The position numbers were made by a program, and so were the translations under genes. DNA of 63,940 nt, filler included. It is 10 parts of 10 records of this genome, joined end to end, with 100 filler letters (N's around TTAATTAATTAA, not from the genome) between each part and the next. Parts side by side here need not be neighbours in the genome. Positions count along the whole stretch, not along the records: positions 1 to 4,565 come from SRR15195285_2268; positions 4,666 to 8,965 come from SRR15195285_2269; positions 9,066 to 13,442 come from SRR15195285_2274; 7 more parts are not named here. One strand, 5' to 3'. Shown in pieces: positions 1 to 12,000 of this stretch. Position 1 is the first letter of the stretch. Every line of letters starts with the position of its first letter. The notes beneath the pieces were generated by a model, which was given only the letters and a program-made list of their open reading frames with translations, did not search any database and was not told the origin of the DNA.

Positions 1-2
1 TT

Positions 3-1507
3 AAGGCCAGACGATCTCAAGGTGGTCGGTCTGAATCTGAGCCCGAGCCCGAGCCCGAACCCGAACCCGAGCCTGAGCCCGACTCCGAATCCCACCGCGA
101 GTCGCAGTATAGACTACAAGTCGAGATCCGTGGCCGTGGCGCATCTGGCGTCGTCGACTTCTCAAGCTTCACCTATACTGATAACGTAGCAGTGTACGAT
201 ATCCGAGGCTTCACAGACAAAATGAATCCGCTTCCACCACTTGGTGCCAAGGCGATCGAAGAGAAGCAGAAGCTCAGAGACGACAATGAGGCATTAGCGG
301 CACATCTTGCAGATGCACGGCGTGCTGAGCAGCTGACACAGCAAGCCCGGGAAAAAGCCGAGGCACAAGCTGCACAAGCCGAGACACAGCTTGCAGATGC
401 ACGGCGTGCTGAGCAGCAAGCCTTGCAAAAGGCTGAATCTCGCGGCCCAACCGTGTGGGAATGTAATATTGACGGCAGTTGGAAGCCGTATCCGCCGGAT
501 GTATCACATGTCTTAGAGGAGGGCTTCGCAAGCAAAAAACGAGAAGTTTCTTTCACTCGAAATGCTCATCGCTACTCGCTCGACACAACCGCAGAGAAGA
601 TGTATCAGACCAACGTGTCTACGAGAGTCAAGCGTGAAGTACGGCGGGTGGAGGGTGGGTGCGATCGTTTGGTTTGGATCGCGAAGCAAGAGAAGACCGC
701 GACCAAAGGCGTGTGCAAGTACACGATCGACAACCAGCTTTCAGGGCCTGCCGCATTTTCGGCAAGACAGACGCAGGACAGGTTGCATTTTGACCAAGCC
801 TTCACACAATTTCGTAAGCTGCTGCAAGGATCCTCGGCGAAGACAGTTCAGAAGGTAGAGTACTATATCAACCCTGTTTTGCAGGCCAGCTTTGACGAGA
901 AGGCGGCCGAGTTCAAGGTGAGTGTTTGATTACCTCGTTGCGTTGTTTTGTTTCCGTGTCGGCCGATTGGAGATGCAGCGGAGCTGGACAGATGCGCCCA
1001 CCAATCGCTCACACGTCGTTTTACCATCCCACATCTTGTGCACGTAGGCTGCAGGGAAGGACTCTGATCCCATCTGGGTCTTCCACGGCACGGACGCTAA
1101 GAAGATTCCAGCTATCATGGAAGAAGGATTTCGGATCGGTGGAAAGCATTACCCGAAGTCGCAGCACTGGCAGGGCGGAACTTTCCCAGTGACAAACGGC
1201 ACCGTGCACGGCCAGGGCGTGTACAGCGCCACCGGGCCAAACACACCCATGGGTTACTCTACAGGGGGCGGGCAAATTATCCTCGTGCGTTCACGGCTCC
1301 CTGCCCTGCGCCCTCTGCGCAACCGTCTAACGAGCGCCCTGGTCCACTTGTCGGGATGCTCAGGCGGTCGCACTCAAAGGCAACCATCGCAGTGGACAGA
1401 GGGGATCGACGGACGACACGCCGGACAGTTGGGCGCCACACCGTGATTGGATTGTGTTCAGGCACGACACGCAAGTGCTCCCGAAGTATGTCGTGCACCA
1501 CAACTAG
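3..1507 (+). CDS. WWE-domain PARP-like ADP-ribosyltransferase (5' partial; introns 918-1047 and 1285-1363)
   Basis: Frame is open from position 3 through an EPEPEP tract. WWE motif (VWECNIDGSWKPYPPDVSHVLEEGF...YSLD...QTNVSTRVKREVRR). Spliced exons give WVFHGT...HGQGVYSA...QIILAVALKG...DWIVFRHDTQVLPKYVVHHN*, the PARP catalytic signature. Confidence 0.85.
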
Positions 1508-2407
1508 CGTTGGAGCAAGAGCTGAAACGCAGTCGCTGAGCGCTCATAGCACCAACTGCTATCGGTGTGCCCGGCCGCTATTGTGACGCATGCAGCGCTA
1601 TGAAGGTCATTCTCGCTCGCATCGCTGCGTGTCAGTATTGAGAGCTGTCTCGCAAGACCTCCAAGTCCCAACAACCGTACACTTCTTAAATTCCACAGAA
1701 GCGCGCCAGGCCTTCGCCACCATAGAATTGATGAGTTACAGTGCCCAGATTGACACCGCGTGACACCAGGTACGTACATATATTAATACCTAGAGGTAGT
1801 TGCAAAGTAGTCATACCGTACTGCCATACCGCCAAGCGCCGGTTTGTTTTGTACACTCGTGGGGAGGAAGTTGTCGTTGCCAAAATTCGTCCGGCCATGC
1901 CTACTCCACCTATTATGGTGACTCTACGAGGACGAATCGAATATTCACTTCGGCACGACCTCGTTACGGGGTTTACAAGCATGTCATAGCACGGACCACC
2001 ATCGATGTGCCCCGACCGCACATGACAAGCCGTAATGTGAAGTATCGTAACCTACACGGACAAAAACGCCGACCGTTACGTGATCCGTGACCTACCGGTA
2101 TTGTGTGTTGTCTTCTCTTATTTCAATACACCTCGGCGCCTGTTCCAGTGTTCATTCCTTTGTCGATTTTGAATTCAACTCCGGGTGTTCTCGATCACCG
2201 GTCTGTTCACTGCGATCGCTAATCACCAGGGGCTGGCTCGTCGCGTGGCACTGGCCAGCAGCAGCAGGGGCCGCAGCCCTCTAGAGACCCCGAACCAGCG
2301 GCTTACCTGGCGTGTGGACGGGTGCACGGAGCTCTCGGGGGAGGGGGGGAGGGTGCACGGAGAGCTGCTGCTGCAGAGTCCGGGTTTCACTCGCTGAAGC
2401 GGTCGGG

Positions 2408-4565
2408 ATGACGGAGGCGGTGCGCCGTGGGTCTGTCGGAGGGCCGACGCCGCTCAAGCCGGACGGTGCTTCATTGCTGTCGCCGATCACGCCACGAGAG
2501 CAGGAGGAGACGGACGAGTTCAAGGTGCCGACGGCGCCTGCGGGGGCTGGCAAACGCGAGAAGAAAGCCGGCAAGGGAGAGAAACGGGCAACGCCGACGG
2601 AGAAGGCCAAGCCGGCCAAGAAGAAGAAGAAGCGGCAGCCATTGTCTTCCGATTCAGACGATTCAGACGATGAGCTATCGCTGGTGGACCTGAAGCGCAA
2701 GCCGACGTCACCGAGTGCCCAAGAACCGGCAGCCAAGAAACAGGCGCTGGTGGCGGGGGCGCGCGAGTTCGGTGTCGGCGCAGCAGTAGTACTGGCGCCG
2801 AACGTCTCCATCTCAGGCGAACATGTTCTCTCTGGCGGCGCACAAGGTGTTGTGCTGGAGGTGGAGCTTGATCCCGACGACGACGAGCCTTACAAAGTTG
2901 TTGGCAAAGACGGCGCGACGTACTGGTACGAAGTGGGGCACCTCGCTGCGGCGCCGGCCTCTGCTGCTGCCGATGAACCCAAGCAGTCAGCCGCGGCGGA
3001 GAAGCAGCTGCAGGAGCCCGAGCGTACCGCACCAAAGAAGGCGTGGCTCGACGAAGGGCTGGAGAGTCGCCTTTTGGATCTAGCAGACGACGACGAGAGT
3101 GAGGATGAGGCCGACGACAGTCCAGTGCGCACAAAGCGCCAGGCGCCGCCATCATCAAGCAGCGACGACGAAGACGGCAGCGATGTTGCGGCCACGCTTA
3201 CGTACTCTCCTGCAGTGGACGAGGATGACGAAGAACAGGCAGTCCAAGACCAACCATGGGAGCTCGTGAACACCTGGGTCACCATAGCGTTCGATGCTCA
3301 GAAGCAGAACAAGAAGAAGAAAACGAGGGAGTGGCACGACTGCCTCGTTGTCGACTACGATCGAGCAACGTCTCAACACCTTGTGAAGTGGGCGGAAGAC
3401 GGCAAAGAGGACTGGCTCCCTGCAATTAAACCAGGAGAGTTTGAACCAGCCGAGTCGCAGGCCAAACAAAAGTGCAAGGAGGTGGTTTTCGACAACAACG
3501 TCAAGCTCCCACCTGTCGAAAAGCCTGAGCTCGTGGGCTGCACGTTCAAGGTGATCAAGCCGATCAAGATCAACTCCGGCCAAGCGCGCGACTCGTCTGA
3601 GGTCGGCACCTGCAGACCTGGAGACATCATCAAAGTGCTGAAGGCATGCGAACTGAACGGCCAGCTACGCGTGATGTACCACCGTGGCTGGACGTCTGCT
3701 GCGTCACGCAAGGGCGCTAAGTTCTTGCGGAAGACGAAGTCGGTCTTGCACATCACAAAGGAGGATAAACGCGCCATGCGCAAGGTAGAGAAACGCGCAA
3801 AGGAAGAGGAGGACCGACAAGCGCGCGACCACCTTGAGCGCCATAAAGCGTCAGCAGCACTGACTGAGAGCTGGGTCGCTGCTTGCGCCAAAGCCGAACT
3901 GCGGTCGCAGAAACAGACAGCGGCAGCGGTGGCTGCGCTCAACGGGGACAGCGGCAGCGCGTCCTCTGGTTCGCAGGACCAGTGGAGAAAGAAACGGCGC
4001 CATGCACTTACAGGCGCTGATGATAGCGACGAGGAGGACAATGACGATGCGGTTACCCAGGAGGAAACTGAAGATCTGTACAACAAGGTCAATGCTGAGC
4101 AAAAGGCGATGGAGGCCACGGCCACAGGCTCAGCCTCCGCGCCCAAACTCACTGGGCTGCAGGCGCTCTTCGCGAAACGCGCAAGCTCGGCAGCCATCTT
4201 GCAGTCAGTCATGCGGACTGCTCGTCTGAGACGCGAGTTCATCGCCAGGCGTGAAGCCGCGGTGGGCATTCAGGCCTTAGTGCGCGGCATGCTGGCCCGC
4301 GACGACGTGTTTGAAATCAGGATGGACCTGATTGCGAAGCTGAAGGCGGAGAAGGCCAAGAAGATAGCCGACGCCAAAGCCGCAAGGGTAGCGAAAGCCA
4401 AGCAGAAAGCGGAGGAGGAGGCAGCGGCAGCAGCAGAAGCAGCAGCTGCGGCTGAGCTTGCGGCTGCTGCCGAGATTGACTGGGGCGCAGAGGGATTGGA
4501 CGACGCGTTCTCTGTGACTGCTGTAAACACGCAGAATCATCATCATCATCATCAGCAGCAGCAGC
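2408..4565 (+). CDS. Large protein with SH3-like barrel, Tudor-like and SH3b-like domains and IQ motifs (3' partial)
   Basis: Long ORF with WHDCLVVDYDRATSQHLVKWAEDGKEDWL (Tudor-like), SSEVGTCRPGDIIKVL...RVMYHRGWTS (SH3b-like), ILQSVMRTARLRR and IQALVRGMLAR (IQ-like). It runs into the linker. Confidence 0.7.
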
Positions 4566-4665
4566 NNNNNNNNNNNNNNNNNNNNNNNNNNNNNNNNNNN
4601 NNNNNNNNNTTAATTAATTAANNNNNNNNNNNNNNNNNNNNNNNNNNNNNNNNNNNNNNNNNNNN
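4566..4665. other. Artificial contig linker; identical 100-bp linkers at 8966, 13443, 17145, 31709, 35414, 47972, 55078 and 59695
   Basis: Each is an N-run, TTAATTAATTAA (stops in all six frames), and another N-run. It occurs nine times at constant length. Confidence 0.98.
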
Positions 4666-7600
4666 GCAGCACCGCAGCAGTATCGCAAGAGTACGAAATC
4701 GATGAACTCGTCGTGGACTTGTGGACTGTGCACGTACTACTTCGCAAAGCAGGGACACTGTATCGTTTCGTAGCGCAGCTACACAACGGCAGTTGGGTGA
4801 TTGAGCCAGAACGCTGCCTGGACATGTCGAGGCAACCGTCAACTGCAGGTTGTATTCTAGTCGCAAACGCTGTCGACTCACCTGTAGTCCACATTGACGA
4901 GGGTGGTTTCATATGCAGCGCGCGCGCAGGACATCTACCTGCCACGGAGTTCGCTAGCATCGGGCACCATGAGCACAAGCTGTGGGGGCTGAATGTCGTG
5001 TTCGGGATCTTTGGGTTTTCGGAAGACCAGCGATCAAGGCGATGTAACAGCCTCCATGACGCCCTCGGAGTTTCGTCGACAAACTGGGGCGAGCTAATGG
5101 AAGACAAGGTGTTGGCCCCACAGCTTCCGCAGCTGCTGTTCGAGCGCGATTCAATCGGCGCGACGGCCTTCTTCAGCGCAATGGCCCGTGGCAACCTCGC
5201 TGCGGCTAATGCGATCCGATTGAAGGTACAGGAACTCGTAGAGGCTGGGGATCGCAGAATGGCCCAAGGTCTTATCCTGCCGGATATTTTTGGCACACCG
5301 CCTCTGCATGCCTTGCTTGGACTGGGTGACGGCGCCGCTGTTGCCAGCCGTAGCAAGAGTCCAAAGCGCGACTCGCGAAAACTTCACACACAGCCTGGTT
5401 TCGAGGTAACCAATGCTGGCAGCGCTGAGATCAACGGAGTGTACCATCCCGCAGTGCACAAGGACTATCGTGGGCCGACACTGTACCGGAAGGCAGATGC
5501 CGAAGTCTACATGTTTCGATGGCGGCGCAAGGAGTGGGTAATAGGCCCTGGCTCAGATTTTAGCGACTCGCGCCCACGCAGCACGAACTACTACACCGTT
5601 GCATCCGGCAATCCTCCGGCAGACTTGCCACCAGAGGGCAGCTGGCAGGTTTCAAAAGGTGGAAGCGGCTCAGGTCCCGCGCCGCAGGTGTTCAAGCATC
5701 CTGGGCTTTTGGAGATGCTGCTCTCTCATGATTCAATCGTGACCGCACGGAGCGCCGCGGGCGAGACAGCGCTGGAAGCGCACATCAGATCCCGAGCGCG
5801 GAGCCCTCCTCGAACTAAGTCTGACGACATTGCCAAGATGCTGGCTGCTAATCCTGCGGCAGTGCATGGGTGCTTCCACGATGCCTCTGGCACACCGGTA
5901 TCAGCATCACAGCTGGACGACTTTGTCTGTAGACTTGTGTCCTGTGGGAGTTCTGTCGCTACCCCACTTGCACAAAAAGTGTCGGAGATGGCTGCGGAAC
6001 ATGGCCCCGAGGCCCGTGCGATGGGTGACAGATTTATGGAATCATGTGCGCGGATTTTCGTCACTCTATTCTCCTCTGACAATCTACACAGTGCAACTGC
6101 AGAGCTGCGGATTGTTTTCACATCGATATTTAAAGAAGTGCCGCAGCCAGCAATAATTAGCCTAGCAAAGCAGGCGGACGCCGTCTTGCAGCTGGTGAGA
6201 GTTGGGCTTGCACTACCACCTCTGCATGCGATAAACACGTACACCTCGCCGCCACGTGCAGGGAGCCGCTCTGGTGGTGAAATGACGGAGATCACGGGGT
6301 CATCTCCCAGTGCGTCTTCTGATGCCAGTGGCAACTCAACTGGGTCATCGCAGTCACCGTTCTCGTTGCGTATCACAGCTCGCAGGTCCTCCCGCGATCG
6401 CACGGAATCGCGGCGGAGTAGTTCTGCTAGCAACAGCAGTGGTAGTAACAGCGGCAGCGTGGCAGAAGGTCGGAAACTTGAGCGGGTGAAGATATTCCAC
6501 CTGTGCGTAGTTGAAGTGACGGCACTTATGGGCAACATTGCATCGTCATTTCCGCGCGCGCTGTCGAGAACCTACTCGACTGCGCATCCATGGCAGTCTC
6601 GACACAACGAGACGGATATGGCGATGATGGAGGCTGCCAAGATTCTCCAATCTTCTTGGGACTACCTATTCGAATGCGCGGATATCATGGAGAGCTTGCT
6701 GGAGTGCGAGGACTCTGCAGCAGTCCAGTCAGCTGAGCCGATAGCATTGGCAGCGCCGGCGTCGGGGGATTCTACACTGTTCACTAATTACTTGCGAACG
6801 GCATGTGGTAGAGATGGAGATCCACGGTCTGATCGAGAACACTGCGCAGTCCTGGCTCTGATCATGGACGCACTGGTGCGCTTCAAGCTCTGTTTACCAG
6901 ATATAGATGCAGTCTCGACCGATGTACTGGTTCCAACTGTCTCTGTATTCCAGCTGCCAGCACCGGAAAACTTCCGAGATCTGGAAAGCGCCGAAAAGTC
7001 TGAACGGTTGCTCAAGAAGATTGGCATTGATGTTGACCGAACAGACGAGGAGCGGCGCGCTGGCAGCGAAATTGATGGAAGCAGCAGGGCGCTGCTTGAG
7101 TACCCGTTGCTCAAGGCGCTCTTCCGATGGCGTCGCACGCTTGCAGTGCTGACCACGATCCCAGAGGTCCTCTCACACGATGGCACGGATGACGATTCGT
7201 TTCTGAACTTGTTTGAGCCGTTCGACAAGAAGCATCACCGGCTGAAGGGCTTGATGTCTGACCGGAGAAGAACGATCCCAGAGAAGTCTAAACCGCTGTG
7301 CATTCGCGTTCGTCGCGCCCCAGCAGACAGCGGGACCGGCGCGAGCGCGCAGGCAGCAGATGCAGATACCAAGGTACAACAAGAGCCGTCACCGCTCGCG
7401 CAGGATCTATTCGACGGCCTAGCCAAAGAAGTTCAGGCTGGCGAGGCGTCTAAGATGAAGGAACCACTTTGTCGCAATCTAGACAAGAAGAACCCTTGGT
7501 ACAAGGACGCGCCGGGCGTCGGGGAGGGCGTGGTTCGTATGGTTCTGAGCGATCTTGCGAACTCACTCTTAGCGGGTGTTGGTGCTGCGGAGGGCCTGAT

Positions 7601-8965
7601 GATGCCTGCACCTCTGGTATCACACCCCGAGGATGGTGATCTGGTGTGGTGGCAGGTGAATCCGATGGCACGGGTGGCGCCGGCCCCGCTTGACGACACA
7701 ATCTCTGCTGACGCGGCCGATTTTGGAAGCAAGTCAATCGGCGAGCTCAAGCAGTTCCTCAAGCAGCGTAAGGTGCCACAGAGCGAGCTGGAGTCGTGCG
7801 TGGAAAAGAGCGATCTGATCGACCTCTGTCGGAAGAGCGCAGGCGCAGATGTATCCATCCGATTGCAACGATTTCGCGCGATAGGCAACCTGTTAGGCCT
7901 CTGCGTGCTGCATGACAACCTCAACCTCAAACTCCCACTATTTTTCTGCCGGCATGTATACAAATTTTTGCTTGGGCGGAAGGTCACATTCGCTGACTTT
8001 GCCTTCTTCGACGCGGAAGCCTACAAAGTTCTGTTCGACCTCGTGAAATCAGCGGCGGACATGGCGGCAGATGAGGAACTAGGATTCGACTGGGACTCAG
8101 CGGGAATCGAAGGGCCTTCCGGCGACCTACCAGTTGTTGCGAAGCAGGTCCACGCGTTTGTGCTGCGAAAGGTGAAGTTTGAGATGGTCGACAAAGTGCA
8201 GGAGGAGCTCAAGTCTCTGAAGCGGGTGTGTTCACCTCCCTCGCCTGCTTCACTTGGTTAATTCGCGACTTTGTGGTTCTTGTGAACGTGCTTTTGCCGC
8301 TCACAATTGCATGTTTGCCTTACTTGTTGTTTGTGTGCAGGGGCTTTACGACGTGGTGAGTAGCGACGATCTGAAGGGCTTGACTGCAGACGACTTGCAG
8401 CTGTTGCTCTCTGGCAAGGCAGAGCCAGTCTCTTGCGAGCAACTGCGCAGCATCTCAACATTTGAAGACGCGCGGGGCAATGCGCTTCGGAGCACGGAGC
8501 CAGAGCAGCTCGCACGTTTTGAATCGCTCTTCTGGGAGACGGTTGAGTCGATGGACGAGTCTGAGCGGCTGAAGCTGGTTGGGATGGCAACCGGGAGTCT
8601 GGTGCGCACACGTGCAGTGCCGATCAAACAGCGTCCAACTCATCGGCCAGTGAAGCAGCGCGGATTGACGATGCCTTACTTGCACGCTTCTTGGTCGGTT
8701 TTCATTGTTGGATGGACAGGTGGCCCCACCAAAACTGACGATCAAACTGACGGAATGCACTAACTCTGCGCAGGCTGCGTATGCACAAGTAAGTGCTCCT
8801 CCGGTCGCCCATTCACCGCAATTGCAGCCGAGCTGTGATCTGAATCGCGGCTGCGCTCTTTTTCTGTTGTTTGACAGGCATGCATCCACGAGCTACACGT
8901 ACCTGATTACCGTGACGAGCAGGGTAGCTGTATCAGTGCTGCAGAACTTAAAGATGTCCTGCTGG
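4666..8965 (+). CDS. HECT-type E3 ubiquitin ligase with ankyrin-like repeats (partial at both ends; introns 8226-8340, 8602-8719, 8789-8877)
   Basis: GVGEGVVR, FRAIGNLLGLC...LPLFFCRHVYKFLLG, GLYDVV...LQLLLSG, FWETVESM...MATGS. The spliced C-lobe reads AQACIHELHVPDY (equivalent to AHTCFNxLxLPxY; Cys at 8881). GATAF/GTPPLH/GETAL ankyrin-like motifs lie upstream. Confidence 0.88.
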
Positions 8966-9065
8966 NNNNNNNNNNNNNNNNNNNNNNNNNNNNNNNNNNN
9001 NNNNNNNNNTTAATTAATTAANNNNNNNNNNNNNNNNNNNNNNNNNNNNNNNNNNNNNNNNNNNN

Positions 9066-12000
9066 GCTGGTGCGGCAGAAGGATGCGGAGGCCGCCCAGG
9101 CGGCGATCGAGGCGATCGCCTCGAGCGAGGCCGCCGCCATGTCCGGCTTCATGCAAGGGCTCGCGTGCTTCAACGCGCCGGAGCGGATCGACCTCTCCGC
9201 ACCCGTGTTCGGCACCCTGACGGCGCAGCAGATCCTGCGCGTCGGCCGCCGAGTGCCGCAGCTGCAGGCTCTGTTCCTCGCCGCGGGCACGCCGCTCGAC
9301 GAGCCGACGCTCCAGGAGCTCCGGCGCGCCTGCCCGGATGCGCGGTGCCTCGCGCTGGGCTGCGAAGTCACCGAGGAGGCCTACCTGGAGCTTCGGCGGC
9401 AGCACGGCGAGCCCGACTCGGAGCTGGCCCAGGGCTTCGCGGCGAGCCCTAGTTCCAGCCCGCCGGAGGGCTTGCCGCCGCGCCCCGTGGCGGCGGAGGC
9501 GGAGGCTGGCGCGGTGGAGGAGCCAGAGGAGGAACCCGTCGGACCACCGGACCGTGTTGAAGTACAGCCGTTGCCGCCACGTCCCGTTGAGCTTCTGAAT
9601 GACGGTGTGGCGTCCGAGATAGCGGGCCTCGAGGCTCAGCTGGAGGGGTACAACTGCCCGGCCCGGACCCCGCTGGCCGAGCTTCGAAGGCAGCCTCGCT
9701 GGGTCCCGGATCAGGACGCAGCCCAGTGCATGCGGACGGAATGCAACGCAGCGTTTGGGGCGCTGAGGGGCAGGCACCACTGCCGTTGCTGCGGCCGAGT
9801 CATGTGCAGGTCTTGCATGTCACCGAAAGCGCTCGACGTCGACAAGTGGCTGGACAAGCAGGAGCCGCACGAGGTGCGAGAGCTCACGGACGGCAGCACG
9901 GAGGCACAGAAAGTGTGCTCAGAGTGCTTCGACCAGATTCCGATGGAGGTGCAACAACGGCGGGAGAGCCGTGCGTTGCAGCAGAGGCTCGAGCGGCTGA
10001 AGGAGCAGCGTGAGCGGGATATGGCAGCGCACCGCAAGGCTATGGATGAGCACCGCAGGCGTGAGGCGGAGCGGCAGCGGCTGCAACGGCTGCAGCAAGT
10101 GCACCGCCAACACGATGCCTACTGCAAAGACGGAAACTGTCGAACCCTCGACCTCACCAATGGCAGCCTGTTCTCCGGGCTGACGGACGCAGGCTTCAGA
10201 GAGTTGCCCGAGCTTTGCCCAGGAGTCACAGCAATTTTCCAGAGAACTAGCAAGCAGCAGTCACAGCTGATACCACAGGTGACGAAACAGGGCCTCGAAG
10301 ATTACCGCGCGCTCAATCCAGGCGTCCGGGTGCTCTCTCTCGGATATGAATTATCACGGGACTGCGTGTTGAAGTTGCTGCAGCAGTACTCGCAAACGAA
10401 GCGCTTAGATCTGTGCAACCCTGGGTTTGCTGGACTGACTGCTGCGGGCCTGTCTGAAATTTCAGCGCTGTGCCCGGATGTTGAGGCGATCTTCGTTCGG
10501 CCTTACGCTGCACCCTCTGGGCACAATGTTCCAGCCAAGAATGTCCAGCACCATATTGATTCACAGGTGCTAGCGGACTTCAAGAAGAGACACTTGTCTG
10601 CGCGATGTGTGCTGCTGGGGGCTGAAATCTCGGCGGAGGCCTTCGGCAAGCTTGAGAACGAGGCTTCACAAACGCAGCGCCTCGATCTGACCAACCCAGG
10701 CTTCGCGAGAATAACTGCTGCAGGACTTGCCGAAATCTCGGAGGAGTTCCCCGATATTGACGCGATCTTCACGTCTGGCATTGATGCACAGACACTGGCA
10801 AAATTGAAGAAGGCACATCCGTCTGCCCGTTGTTTGCTACTCGGGGCTGAAATCTCGGCGGAAACCTTTCGCCAGCTCGAACGGCAGCTCGACGACACAC
10901 AAGGATTGATGGATCTATCAGCACCGGAGTTCAGTCGGCTGACAGTTGCTGGGCTCAGTGAAATCGTGGCTGTTTGCCCCGATGTTGCAGCGCTTTCCAA
11001 AGCCGCGAAACAGATCCACGATAAGCCACAGCTGAGCACGTTCCTCATGGACGAAGTAACTCGTCTGGCGAACAGCGGGCAGCGCACGATGTCCGCTGTA
11101 CCAGCGTCACGGCCGCTGACACTCCCGCACAACGGGCGTACAATAGGCCAGTCTGCACTGCCTGCAGCATACGCGCAGGCCGGAGCCTTGAAAGCTGCGC
11201 TGGATTTGAAGTTTCCGCGTCGGTTCAAGCTCCAAGAGATCCTGGGTCTCGGCGGCAGTGGCTTGGTTGTCAAAGCGCGCGATAAGCAGCTCGGTGACGT
11301 TGCCATCAAGATTGTCACACCACAGCGCAGTGATGAGGCGTTCACTGCGAAGGAGCGAGAGCGGCTTGAGCGAGAGGTGGCTGCAATGCGGCGCGCAACG
11401 CACGCCAACGTGTGCACCTGCCACGAGAGCTTTTTTTCCGATGACGGTAGGCTGTGTGTGATGGTTCTCGAGTACCTCGATGGGGAGTCGCTGGAAGACA
11501 TGGTCACCGCACGTGGAGGTCGCCTTGAGGAGGTCGAGGTGCTACGGATCACCGCAGATTGTCTGGAGGCGCTTAAAGTGATTCACGGCGCGAAGCTCAT
11601 TCATCGAGACCTTAAGCCATCAAATATCATGAGCCATATGCTGACCGGTGAACATGCTGTCTTCAAGATCATCGACTTCGGCATCGCTATGGCCACCAGT
11701 GACGAACAAGGGGCCACTGTTGCGACTGCAATGAAAACTGGAGCGGTGCGGGGGTGCGTGTGACACGTTTCTGGGCTTGTGGAGAGCAGATTCATCTTAA
11801 ACAACACCGTTACTGCCTATTGTTTGCATGGTTGTGTTTCACCTCCACGTCAGTCCACTTGAGTTTCACCCATTGCTGGTATGTTCTGCGTGCAGAGTCG
11901 GTACCGCTCACTACATGTCGCGTGAGCAATACTCTGGCGATGACGTCACACACCTGACGGACATTTACTCGCTTGGTGTGACGATGTTCTTCGCCCTGAC

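Noticed and set aside
1600-2300. Short ORFs or a small mobile element in the AT-richer intergenic stretch
   Set aside because: No recognisable domains, terminal inverted repeats or target-site duplications could be confirmed by eye.
4566-4665. Repeated TTAATTAATTAA within N-runs as a biological repeat or piggyBac target site
   Set aside because: Constant 100-bp six-frame-stop linker added during contig concatenation.
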